Shown here piece after piece: positions 45,929 through 57,001 of a stretch of 64,000 bases of DNA (positions are counted from its first letter, which is position 1; each line of letters opens with the position of its first letter). The stretch covers positions 145,754 through 209,753 of the forward strand of contig CAZOVH010000001.1 in assembly GCA_964583675.1 (NCBI GenBank), given 5' to 3'. Both the position numbers and the translations under genes were made by a program. The notes under the pieces are model-generated. The model ran no database searches and was not told the origin of the DNA. It saw only the letters and a list, made by a program, of their open reading frames with translations. The stretch comes from an uncultured Candidatus Saccharibacteria bacterium. Its GTDB lineage: Bacteria > Patescibacteriota > Saccharimonadia > CAILAD01 > GCA-016700035.

Positions 45929-47208
45929 GCAAGCCAGCTATAGAAATTAAGGACCTATCTAAGGCATATATGATTGGTCATGAGCGAGAAGCCATGGCTG
46001 GCACGATGACGTTTCGGGATTCGCTGGTAAATATTGCCCGTAAGCCTTATGAGCTTTTTACTGGCCATCAACTAAAAAAAGAAAAATTCTGGGCGCTAAA
46101 GGATGTCAATCTAGAAATACAACAGGGTGATGTAGTTGGCATTATTGGTCGCAACGGATCGGGGAAATCAACTCTTCTCAAAGTTTTGTCTCGCATAGTG
46201 GAACCAACCAAAGGTGAAGTGATAATGCGCGGCCGCGTCGCGAGCTTGCTTGAGGTAGGAACAGGTTTTCATCCTGAGCTTACTGGACGTGAGAATGTAT
46301 ATTTTAACGGTGCCATTCTTGGAATGACCCGTAAGGAGATACAGTCTAAATTTGATGAGATTGTAGCATTTTCAGAAGTTGAGAAATTTTTGGATACGCC
46401 TGTAAAATTTTATTCTTCTGGCATGTATGTGCGACTTGCGTTTGCAGTTGCGGCTCATCTTGATCCGGATATTCTCATCGTTGATGAAGTGCTAGCTGTA
46501 GGGGATGCGGCTTTCCAAAAGAAATGTTTGGGGAAGATGAAAGATGTGGCTGGGCAAGGGCGAACCGTATTATTTGTTAGCCATAGCATGGATTCAGTAC
46601 GGAAGTTGTGTACAAAGGGGCTTTATATCAAGGCAGGAGAACAGCAAGGTACGATCGAGGATATAGATAAGGCTATAGGGAAATATACAAACGATATATC
46701 TACAGAGCTGAGTACCGAATGGGTTAAAAATGATGAGAATTTTTTCTCGAATGATTGGTATGATATTAATAGTATGAGAATTACTGACTCTAAGTTTAGT
46801 ACTATTAAGAAAATACCTACAAAAGATAGTGAAGCATGGATTGAGATAGAGGGTACCTTCAATAAAATTAGTCCAGAATTGAAGCTGGGTTACACCCTTT
46901 ATTCTGATGAAGGGACAATTCTCTATACTTCTGTGCAGACTGATATTGAAGAGAAAAAATGGCCAAAACTTAAGACTGGTACTTTTAAGCTTCGTTCAAG
47001 ATTACCTTTTTCAATGCTGAAGACAGGAAAGTATATTTTAGAGATGAATTCAAGTATTCATAATAAAAAAATGCTCAGTGGCTTAGGGCTTGAAGCCCCT
47101 AGTATTAGCTTTGAGATTATTGGAGATGCCAGTAAATCCCCCCACTATGTATTGTCTCGCGAGGGGGTGATTGCACCTATAATAACGTGGGAGTATAAAA
47201 ATGATTAA
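45925..47208 (+). CDS. wzt: Polysaccharide ABC transporter ATPase Wzt with C-terminal carbohydrate-binding domain
   Basis: GRNGSGKST, YSSGM..RLAF, DEVLAVGD..FQ.KC; ~170-aa C-terminal extension. Confidence 0.92.
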   Translation: MSKPAIEIKDLSKAYMIGHEREAMAGTMTFRDSLVNIARKPYELFTGHQLKKEKFWALKDVNLEIQQGDVVGIIGRNGSGKSTLLKVLSRIVEPTKGEVIMRGRVASLLEVGTGFHPELTGRENVYFNGAILGMTRKEIQSKFDEIVAFSEVEKFLDTPVKFYSSGMYVRLAFAVAAHLDPDILIVDEVLAVGDAAFQKKCLGKMKDVAGQGRTVLFVSHSMDSVRKLCTKGLYIKAGEQQGTIEDIDKAIGKYTNDISTELSTEWVKNDENFFSNDWYDINSMRITDSKFSTIKKIPTKDSEAWIEIEGTFNKISPELKLGYTLYSDEGTILYTSVQTDIEEKKWPKLKTGTFKLRSRLPFSMLKTGKYILEMNSSIHNKKMLSGLGLEAPSISFEIIGDASKSPHYVLSREGVIAPIITWEYKND

Positions 47209-47893
47209 TCGCCATTATATAAGAAGAAAAGCTAGTGCATTGCGTCATCATACCGAAAAGCATGAAGAAGGAATAATCCCGAAAAGCCTGATAGCTAGGT
47301 ATCTGCCCCCAAATCCTGTAATACTGGAGGCGGGAGCACATGTGGGGACCGATACTTTGCAAATGTGCAGTATGTGGCCAGATGCGAGAATACATGCCTT
47401 TGAGCCTGTGTCAGACATATTCGCGCAGCTAGAAAAAAATACCAAGCATTTATCGATGGTCAACCGTTATAAGCTAGGGCTGGGCAATAAGACTGAACAG
47501 AGAAAAATATATGTTAGTAGCGGCGCCTCAGATGCGTCCAGTTCTCTGCTAAAGCCAAAAAAACATCTAGAGATAAACCCTAAGGTTAAGTTTCAGTCGA
47601 TGGAGAACATTCAAGTAACAACGATTGCCGATTGGGCACGTAAGGAGGGGATTAATAAGGTTGACTTCATGTGGCTCGACCTACAGGGCATGGAGCTGCC
47701 GGTTCTGCAAAATACTGGTTCAATTTTACAGGGCGTGAAGATGATTCTCGCAGAAGTAAGTCTGATTGAGACTTATGAAGGTGTTTCAATGGCAGATGAC
47801 CTTACGAGATTCCTCGAACAGGAGGGTTTTAGGGTCTTGGTTGAGGAGATGCCTTACCCGGATATGGGTGACATTTTATATGTACGGAAATAG
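47201..47893 (+). CDS. FkbM-family methyltransferase
   Basis: EAGAHVG, HAFEP, LDLQG.EL. Confidence 0.9.
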   Translation: MINRHYIRRKASALRHHTEKHEEGIIPKSLIARYLPPNPVILEAGAHVGTDTLQMCSMWPDARIHAFEPVSDIFAQLEKNTKHLSMVNRYKLGLGNKTEQRKIYVSSGASDASSSLLKPKKHLEINPKVKFQSMENIQVTTIADWARKEGINKVDFMWLDLQGMELPVLQNTGSILQGVKMILAEVSLIETYEGVSMADDLTRFLEQEGFRVLVEEMPYPDMGDILYVRK

Positions 47894-47896
47894 TAC

Positions 47897-48739
47897 ATGT
47901 TGACTGTTGAATTTCATGACAAGCTTTTCGAAGGCTATAGTAGTGCAGCTCGAGGAGATTTGAAATGCAAACCCAAGCATATTTTTTTTGATCGAACAGC
48001 TAATCATAGCATTGCCTTATTTACTGATGAGAGTCTTGATGAGGTTAACTCATCAAAAGCGGTAATAAATTTAGCATGGCTAGTAGAGTCTCCTGATTTT
48101 AAAAAGAATATTTATAAAAAAATGAGGAAGAAAAAGGTCTACTCGAAGTTTGATCGGATATATACGTTCGACTCTGCGCTACTCGCAAAAGATCCAAGAT
48201 TTGTGATGCTGCCTGTTGGTGGCAGTTGGATTGATGACAAAAACTGGCGAATATACAATAAATACCTCAACCTATCAATGATTGCATCACGAAAAAAACA
48301 GTTGAAAGGGCATAGGTTGCGCCATGAAATTATTGGAAAATTTGCCGATTACCTCGATGAGGTATATGGTAGTGGGTATTTAGCATTTGATAATAAGATA
48401 GATGTCATGAAGCCCTTTAGATATAGTATTGTTATCGAAAACGGCAGGCGTGATTACTATTTTACGGAGAAATTGATCGATTGTTTTGCGGTGGGCACTA
48501 TACCTATTTATTGGGGCTGCCCCAGTATTGGGAAATTTTTCAATCCGGAGGGAATACTCCCTTTTAGGACTTTGCGTGACCTAAAAAAAATCTTAGCTAA
48601 TATTTCAGAGGAAGACTATTTTTCCAGGATGGCAGCTGTTAAAGATAATCTAGCTCGTGCAAAGGATTATGTGATGCCAGAGGATAATATGTATGAACTT
48701 ATGAAGAGAGATCAGCTGTTCTCAACCGAGTTAACATAG
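47897..48739 (+). CDS. GT10 (alpha-1,3/4-fucosyltransferase-like) protein
   Basis: FRYSIVIEN...YYFTEKL.D.F..GT.PIYWG GT10 motif. Confidence 0.8.
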   Translation: MLTVEFHDKLFEGYSSAARGDLKCKPKHIFFDRTANHSIALFTDESLDEVNSSKAVINLAWLVESPDFKKNIYKKMRKKKVYSKFDRIYTFDSALLAKDPRFVMLPVGGSWIDDKNWRIYNKYLNLSMIASRKKQLKGHRLRHEIIGKFADYLDEVYGSGYLAFDNKIDVMKPFRYSIVIENGRRDYYFTEKLIDCFAVGTIPIYWGCPSIGKFFNPEGILPFRTLRDLKKILANISEEDYFSRMAAVKDNLARAKDYVMPEDNMYELMKRDQLFSTELT

Positions 48740-48750
48740 GGGGGTATATT

Positions 48751-49308
48751 TTGAAGCAATTAATAAATCTAATGCTTAGCAAGTTTGGCTACAATATAAA
48801 GCGTATACCTCAGGTTTCTGACAGGGATCTCCTAAACGGCACTTACCCAGGGGTTACATTTATAGGTCCATTAGATAATTACAATATTGGTGAAAAAGTT
48901 ACTATTGGCTTAGGGAGTATACTTTTTGCTTGTGAAAATATAACAATTGGTGACAATTCGATGATTGCAGTAGGTGTAATCATTCACACGAGTACGCATG
49001 ATTATGCAGCACATCCAATGTGGAAGTATCGTATTGATCGCCCTGTATATATTGGTGATTATTCATGGATTGGAGCGGGGGCAATAATACTGCCAGGGGT
49101 TAGAATTGGTAGAAATGCTGTAGTTGGGGCTGGCTCAGTTGTTACTGCGAATGTTCCAGAAGGAGCTATAGTTGCGGGAAATCCAGCGAGGATAATTAAG
49201 CATCGAAATAAGGCGGACTACCTCAAAAAGCCTGATATTATTGAGTTTGAGGAAGCAATTACAATAAAAGAGCCTTTCGGTGTTAACAAGATAAAAAGAA
49301 GGAGGTAA
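48751..49308 (+). CDS. Hexapeptide-repeat O-acetyltransferase
   Basis: [23 protein letters not shown]...VP...IVAGNPAR. Confidence 0.9.
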   Translation: MKQLINLMLSKFGYNIKRIPQVSDRDLLNGTYPGVTFIGPLDNYNIGEKVTIGLGSILFACENITIGDNSMIAVGVIIHTSTHDYAAHPMWKYRIDRPVYIGDYSWIGAGAIILPGVRIGRNAVVGAGSVVTANVPEGAIVAGNPARIIKHRNKADYLKKPDIIEFEEAITIKEPFGVNKIKRRR

Positions 49309-49312
49309 AGAG

Positions 49313-49966
49313 TTGAATATTTATAGGAAAATACGTGGAAAGATTCTGAAGCCAATCAGAACTGATATTCAATCCGAGAGGGTGAAGCCCTGGTTTGAGA
49401 TAGGTGGCGATAGGACCCTGCGGCTTAACTATGACTTGAATGAAAAATCTATAGTTTTCGATCTTGGTGGCTATGAGGGACAATGGGCTAGCGATATTTA
49501 TTCCAAGTATCGGCCAAAGATATATGTCTTTGAACCAATGCCTGAGTATGCAAAGAATATCAAAGAGCGATTTAAGAAGAATCCTGACATAAAAACGTTT
49601 ATATTTGGGTTGTCTAATGAGGATAAGAAGATAAGTCTTACAGTCGATGGTGATGCTAGTTCGGGTATCAAAGAATCGGACAATGCCATAGAGGCAGAAC
49701 TTAAGAAGGCAGCTACTTTTATAGATAATCTTGGAGTGAATAAGATTGATCTAATGAAAATAAATATTGAAGGTGGAGAATATGATCTACTAGATCACCT
49801 GATAGAAACAGGGTGGATTAAGAATATTGATAATATTCAGGTGCAGTTTCATGATTTTTTCGATGAAGCAGAGGGGAGAATGAAGAAAATTCAGGCCCAG
49901 CTGAAGAAAACTCATAAAATTACCTATCAATATCCATTTGTTTGGGAAAATTGGAAACTTAAGTAG
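49313..49966 (+). CDS. FkbM-family methyltransferase
   Basis: DLGGY.G, FEP, KINIEGGEY. Confidence 0.88.
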   Translation: MNIYRKIRGKILKPIRTDIQSERVKPWFEIGGDRTLRLNYDLNEKSIVFDLGGYEGQWASDIYSKYRPKIYVFEPMPEYAKNIKERFKKNPDIKTFIFGLSNEDKKISLTVDGDASSGIKESDNAIEAELKKAATFIDNLGVNKIDLMKINIEGGEYDLLDHLIETGWIKNIDNIQVQFHDFFDEAEGRMKKIQAQLKKTHKITYQYPFVWENWKLK

Positions 49967-49971
49967 TTGAT

Positions 49972-50808
49972 ATGATACGTGTAGTATTACAGGGGGGGCT
50001 AGGCAATCAGATGTTTCAGTATGCTGCCGCTCGAGCGCTCGCTGAGCGGAATAATACGAATGTAGTGTTGGACTTATCGTGGTTTGATCAGGATTTTGAT
50101 CTCGGTTCTACATCTCGAGAGTATGAATTGTCTTGCTTTGTTTTAGATGCAATTACTCCTAAGTCCAAGAACACTATTCGCCAGAAGTTACAGGGACGAT
50201 TCGCGAAAATTTACACTGAACCGCACTTTCATTGCGATCCAGCATTTACGGATCTTCCGAAAAATACTGTCATGAGTGGCTACTTTCAATCTGAGAAATA
50301 TTTTCACGATATACGTGGAATTTTACTGCAGGATTTTTTATGGGCAAAAGAACCGAACGGTAAGAACAAGGATCTTTTAGGGCAAATCGAGGGAGACAGA
50401 TTAAGTGTATCTGTGCATGTTCGCCGAGGTGATTATGTCTCAAATAAAAGTGCAGCAAAATTCCACGGACTTGCTGGGATTGACTACTACAAAGCTGCAG
50501 TAAAAATGGTAGCTGAACAATTGGAAAGCTTAAATTTATATGTGTTTTCCGATGACCCGGATTGGTGTAAGAAGAATTTAAAGTTTACGCAGCCAACGAC
50601 ATATATCTCACATAACAACGATGGCTCAGAGGATATGCGCCTAATGAAAGCCTGCAAGCATAACATTATTGCAAACTCGAGTTTTTCTTGGTGGGGAGCT
50701 TGGCTTAACGAAAATCCGAATAAGATTGTGATTGCACCAAAAAAGTGGTTTTCTCACCCTGAAAGCAATACGAAAGATGTAATACCAGGCTCGTGGCACA
50801 AATTGTAA
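49972..50808 (+). CDS. GT11 alpha-1,2-fucosyltransferase
   Basis: GGLGNQMFQYA, GYFQ, HVRRGDY, FSDD, NSSFSWW. Confidence 0.95.
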   Translation: MIRVVLQGGLGNQMFQYAAARALAERNNTNVVLDLSWFDQDFDLGSTSREYELSCFVLDAITPKSKNTIRQKLQGRFAKIYTEPHFHCDPAFTDLPKNTVMSGYFQSEKYFHDIRGILLQDFLWAKEPNGKNKDLLGQIEGDRLSVSVHVRRGDYVSNKSAAKFHGLAGIDYYKAAVKMVAEQLESLNLYVFSDDPDWCKKNLKFTQPTTYISHNNDGSEDMRLMKACKHNIIANSSFSWWGAWLNENPNKIVIAPKKWFSHPESNTKDVIPGSWHKL

Positions 50809-51755
50809 AAAAGAAAGCTAAAGGCAAGTCAAAAGCGCCTCTTGTTTCGGTGGTGATGAGTGTCTATAACGGTGAGAAATATCTACGTGAGGCGATGGAT
50901 TCTATATTGAATCAAACTTATAAAAACCTCGAATTTATCATTATTGATGACGGGTCCACTGATGATACGCTCAAAATTATAAAAACCTACAAAGACCCAC
51001 GTATTATCTTGATTACTCGTGAAAATAAGGGGTTGGTTGCTTCGCTCAATGAGGGAATCAAAAAGGCTAAGGGGAGCTACATAGCTAGGCAAGACGCCGA
51101 TGACATAAGTGAAGTCGATAGGATTAATCGTCAAGTAGAATATATGAAGCAGAGACCTAATGTGGGTCTGGTTGGGTCTTCAATTAGGATAATCAATGAG
51201 CGAGGTGATTCTAGGGGTGTACATTATGTTTATAGTGAATCATTAGACGTTAAGAGAGAGTTAATGATTCGTAGTCCGTTTGCCCATGGTTCAATTATGC
51301 TGAATAAAAATAAACTAAATAGGCATGATATATATAATTCGGAATATTGGCCCGCCGAAGATTATGCGGTATGGAGCTCATTAATTTCAGATGGTGTGTG
51401 TGCGGGTAATATTCATGAGGCTCTATACAGGTATAGAGATAACACTGAAGGCATCTCAAGTAGTAATCCAGAGCTACAAAAAAACAAGTCTAATATAATA
51501 CGCCAATCAAACTTGGGGAATTTCGAAAAGCTATGGAGTCCGGTAGATTGGTTCAAAACAGAGAAGAGTACCGCACTAAAAAAGAGAATGTTTACTGACA
51601 TGAGTTATTTAATCAGGGAGCTTAGCTGTCGCGGTATGTGCAGGGAGGCTATAATAGTAGCGATGAATTGGCTATCAAGTTTTTTTACTAGGACTCCGTA
51701 TACTGTATTAATAGAGCATGCCAGGAGATATATAGGCGGTGTGCTGCATGGCTGA
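50793..51755 (+). CDS. GT2 glycosyltransferase
   Basis: VSVVM.VYN, DDGSTD, DADD, EDY. Confidence 0.92.
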   Translation: MAQIVKKKAKGKSKAPLVSVVMSVYNGEKYLREAMDSILNQTYKNLEFIIIDDGSTDDTLKIIKTYKDPRIILITRENKGLVASLNEGIKKAKGSYIARQDADDISEVDRINRQVEYMKQRPNVGLVGSSIRIINERGDSRGVHYVYSESLDVKRELMIRSPFAHGSIMLNKNKLNRHDIYNSEYWPAEDYAVWSSLISDGVCAGNIHEALYRYRDNTEGISSSNPELQKNKSNIIRQSNLGNFEKLWSPVDWFKTEKSTALKKRMFTDMSYLIRELSCRGMCREAIIVAMNWLSSFFTRTPYTVLIEHARRYIGGVLHG

Positions 51756-52635
51756 TATTAGGGCTACAATAGTAATTCCTACCTATAATCGAGACTTTGT
51801 ATTATTAGATACTATTGAAAGCTGTCTGGCTCAACGCGTGAAGGTGAAGTTAATCATTGCTGACCAGTCTGACGAAGAAAATATACAGCTGAAGGATTGG
51901 ATAGCAAAGCAGAGTCAACGAAATAGGATCTCATACTATTGGATCAAGCCCGCCTCGGTGACGGCCGCTAAAAATTTCGCATTGCAGAGAGTTGATACAC
52001 CAATAGTTATCTTTATTGATGACGATGTAATTCTCTCAAAAGAATTTGTACGTGAACATCTTGCAATTTTGGATTCTAAAGAAGATGTTGCAGCCGTAGC
52101 TGGACGTGTCAAGCAAAAAGGATTCCCCACTCAGGGGCCCATATTACACTTTGATAAATATGCTGTTTCAAGGGGTATATTCAATTCTCGAACCGAAGGA
52201 TATACTAATTCATTCCCGGGTGGAAACGTAGCTTTATGGACAGATATTGCAAGGTCTGTCGGAGGCTTTGATACGAGATTTTCCAAGGGTGCCTTTAGGG
52301 AGGAAAGTATATTTGCTTATAAGGTGCATAGAGCAGGTCACAAGATTTTTTATAGCCATAAGCCTTGGCTACTGCATCTCGCCGCCCCAAGAGGAGGAAA
52401 CAGAATAGCAAAAAACCCCTATGATAGCTGGCATTTTTATAGAAACGAGTTATTCTTTACATTATATGTGGTTAGGTCGCAGAACTTGCTGAAAGCCCTA
52501 AAAATTAAATATAGAACATATTGCAGGGCATCTAGAAGGCGACTTCCGGCGCGAAGCATAATGTTTGGTGTCGGGTTGCTGGTTGCAGTAAAGCGCATGT
52601 TTTTCGATAGGCAGATATGTGCTGGCATAAGGTAA
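51748..52635 (+). CDS. GT2 glycosyltransferase
   Basis: IVIPTYNR, FIDDD, GGFD; start moved to 51748. Confidence 0.9.
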   Translation: MADIRATIVIPTYNRDFVLLDTIESCLAQRVKVKLIIADQSDEENIQLKDWIAKQSQRNRISYYWIKPASVTAAKNFALQRVDTPIVIFIDDDVILSKEFVREHLAILDSKEDVAAVAGRVKQKGFPTQGPILHFDKYAVSRGIFNSRTEGYTNSFPGGNVALWTDIARSVGGFDTRFSKGAFREESIFAYKVHRAGHKIFYSHKPWLLHLAAPRGGNRIAKNPYDSWHFYRNELFFTLYVVRSQNLLKALKIKYRTYCRASRRRLPARSIMFGVGLLVAVKRMFFDRQICAGIR

Positions 52636-52686
52636 TGTGCTTGTACTTAGTTGCTTGTTAATAGGGTTTATTACAGGAGTATATTG

Positions 52687-53862
52687 ATGAAAATAGCAAT
52701 TGACTTACGACCACTACAGAGTGGCCATCAACACAGAGGAATCGGTAAATATATTGCTAATGTAGTTCCTGCCTTGTTTAAAGTCGGTAAACAGCATGAA
52801 TTTTATTGTTATCATTATGGTGATACGCCACCAAAACTTTCTTATGTGTCGCCATCTGTAAAATTTATAAGTCTCGGTAATTATGATCCAGGCTCATTCA
52901 GCTCTAAGCTTTATAGAAAATTGTTTATGCATCAACCTGGACTTAAAGAGTCGGTGGAGACAGATGTATTTTTTCAGCCAGATATTGGGTTTGGACTTAG
53001 TAAAAATACTCCTACAGTAGTTACGCTGTATGATCTTATACCGATTATTTATAGAGAAAAGTATTTTGTACCGAGGAAAAAGCCGAGTTTTTTGCGACCT
53101 TTTTGGAATATGCGCAATGAGCAGGTGTTTCAACAATTTATGCGTTTGAACGCTAGATTCGCATTAGTTGATCGTATAGTCAGTATTTCTCAAGCATCTA
53201 TTGATGATTTACATAAGGTTTTTCCGAACACTACCCACGTACCCTATTTGGTAACGCCGTTAGCTGCACAGAAGCTTCCAGTGCCGAGCAAAAGGAAAAT
53301 TAACAATAAGCCTTACATGCTGTATGTGGGTGGGACTGATTCTCGAAAAAACCTTATCAAATTAGTGGACATGTATGAAGGTGCACTTAATGGTGGAATT
53401 GATGTTGACTTGGTCTTGATTGGGTATGATTTTGAGCAACCTAAATTTTATGACACGGCTCGTTTGTTAAAGCACATAGACAAATCTCCAGTAAAGAAAA
53501 GAATTAGAGTAGTTGGGTATGCAGATGATGCAAAATTGGCTACCTATTACTCTCAGGCTCAAGCACTGTTATTTGCTTCGGAGTATGAGGGTTTTGGTAT
53601 GCCGATTCTGGAGGCGATGCAAGCTGGTTGCCCAGTAATTTGCTTTAACAATTCATCTATTCCAGAAGTTGCTGGTAATGCGGCAATAATGGTAGATACG
53701 GAAGCCGCCTTTATTGATAGTATTGTACAGCTTGCCAAGTCTGAAAAGCTACGTAAAGAGCTTATTCAGAAGGGTAAGAAACAGGTTGCAGGCTTTACGT
53801 GGGAAAATGCTGCTGAGCTTACGCTTAAGGCTTTGGAGGGATCGGCAAAAGCAAAGAACTAA
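52687..53862 (+). CDS. GT4 glycosyltransferase
   Basis: RGIGKY, RKN, EGFGMPILEAM; start moved to 52687. Confidence 0.92.
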   Translation: MKIAIDLRPLQSGHQHRGIGKYIANVVPALFKVGKQHEFYCYHYGDTPPKLSYVSPSVKFISLGNYDPGSFSSKLYRKLFMHQPGLKESVETDVFFQPDIGFGLSKNTPTVVTLYDLIPIIYREKYFVPRKKPSFLRPFWNMRNEQVFQQFMRLNARFALVDRIVSISQASIDDLHKVFPNTTHVPYLVTPLAAQKLPVPSKRKINNKPYMLYVGGTDSRKNLIKLVDMYEGALNGGIDVDLVLIGYDFEQPKFYDTARLLKHIDKSPVKKRIRVVGYADDAKLATYYSQAQALLFASEYEGFGMPILEAMQAGCPVICFNNSSIPEVAGNAAIMVDTEAAFIDSIVQLAKSEKLRKELIQKGKKQVAGFTWENAAELTLKALEGSAKAKN

Positions 53863-53864
53863 AC

Positions 53865-54824
53865 TTAGCTTAGTTCTTTAACATCGGCATCAACCATCAT
53901 CTTTACGAGTTCTTCAAAGCTCACTTTTGGTTCCCATTTAAGCTGTTTTTTAGCGTGGGCTGGGTCACCGATGAGGAGATCTACTTCGGCCGGTCTGAAG
54001 TATTTTTCGCTGACTTCTACATATTTTTCCCAATCGAGCCCTACGTGTTTAAAAGCGATTTGGCAGAATTCTTTTACGGAGTGGGTTTCGTTAGTGGCAA
54101 CTACGTAGTCGTCTGGGCTATCTGCTTGGAGCATGAGCCACATAGCTTCTACGTAGTCTCCGGCAAAGCCCCAGTCTCGCTTGGCATCTAGGTTGCCAAG
54201 GAGGAGTTTATCTTGTTTGCCGGCTTTAATGGCTGCAACTGCACGAGTGATTTTGCGAGTTACAAATGTTTCGCCACGGCGTGGGCTTTCGTGATTGAAC
54301 AAAATTCCGTTGCACGCAAACATATCGTAGCTTTCGCGGTAATTTTTTGTAATCCAGTAAGAGTATACTTTGGCAGCACCATACGGCGATCGTGGGTAGA
54401 AAGGAGTCTGCTCTGTTTGGGGGACTTCTAATACTTTGCCAAACATTTCGCTGGAGCTAGCTTGGTAAAATTTTGCGCTTGGTGCACAGGTTCGAATCGC
54501 TTCCATAAGGCGCAGGGTGCCGGTGCCAGTAACATCGGCGGTGTATTCAGGAACATCAAACGAAACCTTTACGTGACTTTGGGCAGCGAGGTTATATACC
54601 TCATTGGGTTGTACTGCTGAAATAATGTGATGCAGGGAACTGGAATCAGCGAGATCGCCATAGTGCATTTCAATTTGGTCGAAAATATGTTCAATGCGTC
54701 CAGTAGTAAAGGTGCTATTGCGGCGCATGATTCCATGAACTTCATAGTCTTTTTCAAGAAGTAATTCCGCTAAATATGAGCCGTCTTGCCCGGTAATTCC
54801 TGTAATGAGCGCTTTCTTTGCCAC
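53865..54824 (-). CDS. gmd: GDP-mannose 4,6-dehydratase
   Basis: [38 protein letters not shown]. Confidence 0.97.
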   Translation of the reverse strand: MAKKALITGITGQDGSYLAELLLEKDYEVHGIMRRNSTFTTGRIEHIFDQIEMHYGDLADSSSLHHIISAVQPNEVYNLAAQSHVKVSFDVPEYTADVTGTGTLRLMEAIRTCAPSAKFYQASSSEMFGKVLEVPQTEQTPFYPRSPYGAAKVYSYWITKNYRESYDMFACNGILFNHESPRRGETFVTRKITRAVAAIKAGKQDKLLLGNLDAKRDWGFAGDYVEAMWLMLQADSPDDYVVATNETHSVKEFCQIAFKHVGLDWEKYVEVSEKYFRPAEVDLLIGDPAHAKKQLKWEPKVSFEELVKMMVDADVKELS

Positions 54825-54870
54825 GAATCCTCCTTGGTTATCTGAACATTAGGTATAATACACAGTATAT

Positions 54871-56031
54871 ATGCGCGTGGCTATTTATCACAATCTACCC
54901 GATGGAGGCGCTATAAGGGCACTTCACGAACTAGTCAGGCACTCTTATGAAGAGGTTGAGTACGACCTGTATCAACTTGCGCCAATTGATCAGGCGTCTC
55001 GGTATAATTTTCAACCTTATGTAAAAAATCATAAAAGCTATGATTATATCTATAGCCCTTCAAAAATAGACATACTCATAGAAATAGTTACTCGGTTCGC
55101 AAGGCTACGTCGTATACAGAAAAACATTGCCCATGAGATTGATAGTAAAAATTATGATGCAGTATTTGTTCATCACTGCGCCATAGCACAAACTCCATTT
55201 TTGTTGGAATATCTGAAAACAAAGAGTTTATATTTTATTCAGGAGCCTAGGCGCTTAAGTTTTGAGCAAGACTTTTATAAGAACTCAAAAGAAATGATTC
55301 CTAAAGTTCTCCGAGCGCCGTGGGTTCTCCGCCAGAAGATACTCAAGGATTTCGATATAGTAAATGCTAGTAAGTGTTCAGCTGCGCTCTGTAATTCGAA
55401 GTATGCTCAAGGAAATATTTCTAAGGCTTATAATATCAATGCCGAGGTGTGTTACTTGGGTATTGATAAAGAAAAATTTTTCTATACCAAGCAAGCTAAG
55501 AAAAATCAGATCGTTGTAGTGGGTACGTTGCATCCCGCAAAGGGTCAGGACTTGGCCATTAGGGCTGTTAAGAAAGTCGAGTCTAAAAAGGGGATGAAAC
55601 TGATTTTTGTCTATGAAAATTATGATGCAAGATACAAGCGAGCGTTAGAAGTACTTTCAAAAGAGCTTGGCATTACAACTGAATTTAGGCAAGGAGTTAC
55701 AGATGAGCAGCTCGCACGAATTTATCGGGAGAGTATTATGACCCTTGCTGTAGCGGCCAAAGAACCTTTTGGCTTTACCCCCATAGAGTCTGCAGCTTGC
55801 GGTACACCAACGGTTGCTGTAAAGGAAGGTGGGTATCTAGAGACTGTGGTGGATGGCCAGAACGGATTGTTGTGCAATAGGAACGCAAAAAGTATAACGC
55901 GCGCGATTGATGAAGCAATTCAAACTAAGTGGGACCCAGCTAAGATGAGTAAAAAAGCCCGACTACAGTGGAGCTGGCAGGCCTCTGCCAAGACTTACTT
56001 AACCGTATTAGAGGAGCTAGTTAATGACTAA
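54871..56031 (+). CDS. GT4 glycosyltransferase
   Basis: GGA, KG, EPFG.TP.ES.ACG.P. Confidence 0.88.
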   Translation: MRVAIYHNLPDGGAIRALHELVRHSYEEVEYDLYQLAPIDQASRYNFQPYVKNHKSYDYIYSPSKIDILIEIVTRFARLRRIQKNIAHEIDSKNYDAVFVHHCAIAQTPFLLEYLKTKSLYFIQEPRRLSFEQDFYKNSKEMIPKVLRAPWVLRQKILKDFDIVNASKCSAALCNSKYAQGNISKAYNINAEVCYLGIDKEKFFYTKQAKKNQIVVVGTLHPAKGQDLAIRAVKKVESKKGMKLIFVYENYDARYKRALEVLSKELGITTEFRQGVTDEQLARIYRESIMTLAVAAKEPFGFTPIESAACGTPTVAVKEGGYLETVVDGQNGLLCNRNAKSITRAIDEAIQTKWDPAKMSKKARLQWSWQASAKTYLTVLEELVND

Positions 56032-57001
56032 AGCTAAAGTAACCGTGGTCTTGGTTAATTGGAATGGGGCCGAAATAATTTCGGCTGCCCTCGATTCCTT
56101 AAGAGTACAAACCTTTAAGGATTTTGATGCTGTAGTGGTAGATAATAATTCTCAGGATGACTCTATTAGTTTTATAGCTAAAAACTATCCAGAGGTAAAA
56201 GTGATCCGTGAGAGTAAAAATCATGGGTTTGCTGCGGCGGTAAATATTGCGGTCAGAAATATTCAGTCTGAGTACTTTGCACTCCTGAATACGGATGCTG
56301 TTGCTGACAAAAATTGGCTAAAACAACTTGTAGAGACTGCCGATGCCGATGATGGATTGGCCGTTGTGACGTCAGTATCTGTATTTCCCGACGGAGAGAC
56401 TATTGATGCATTGGGCGATGATATGAGCCGCTGGGGAGTTGCATTTCCAAGGTTGAGAGGAAAGAGTGTTGCTTCTGCAAAAAAACAATCTAGCCAAGAA
56501 ATATTTTCTGGATCGGGAGGCTATTCTCTTTATCGGGTTAAAGTATGGCGGGAGATAGGAGGTTTTGATAGTGCGTTCTTTATGTATTACGAAGACGTAG
56601 ATTATTGTTACCGAGCTCGTCTCAATGGTTACGGCATAGGATTGGCGTCCGGGGCGCTCATTACACATGGTTTGGGCGTATCTTCAGGCAAGAGAGGGAA
56701 GAATTTCTCTCGTCGCTATGTAATACGTAATGCTCAGTATGTCTATTGGAAAAATACACCTACTAAAATTATCTATCGAACAGCAATTAAATTCTGTTTT
56801 GTAAATGTGTATATGGCGCTCGCTGCCATCAAATCTTTAGCTTTCAGAGAATTATTTACGGCCTATTTTGAGTTTGTTAGAGCTATACCCCGTATCTTCC
56901 GGGAAAGGAAACATATTCAAGATAGGTCGAAAGTTACTTGGCCAGAGCTCTACAGAATGATGTCCCGTCAGTGGCCATTCAGAGGTAATAGTAGTCTATG
57001 A
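56024..57001 (+). CDS. GT2 glycosyltransferase (rhamnosyltransferase-like)
   Basis: VNWNG, DN.S.D, N.GFA, LN.D, FF.Y.EDVD. Confidence 0.9.
   Translation: MTKAKVTVVLVNWNGAEIISAALDSLRVQTFKDFDAVVVDNNSQDDSISFIAKNYPEVKVIRESKNHGFAAAVNIAVRNIQSEYFALLNTDAVADKNWLKQLVETADADDGLAVVTSVSVFPDGETIDALGDDMSRWGVAFPRLRGKSVASAKKQSSQEIFSGSGGYSLYRVKVWREIGGFDSAFFMYYEDVDYCYRARLNGYGIGLASGALITHGLGVSSGKRGKNFSRRYVIRNAQYVYWKNTPTKIIYRTAIKFCFVNVYMALAAIKSLAFRELFTAYFEFVRAIPRIFRERKHIQDRSKVTWPELYRMMSRQWPFRGNSSL

Noticed and set aside
48583-49998. Homopolymer tracts (A8 in GT10, G7 in GT11) as phase-variation switches
   Set aside because: Short; both genes are in frame, and G7 encodes the conserved QGGLG motif
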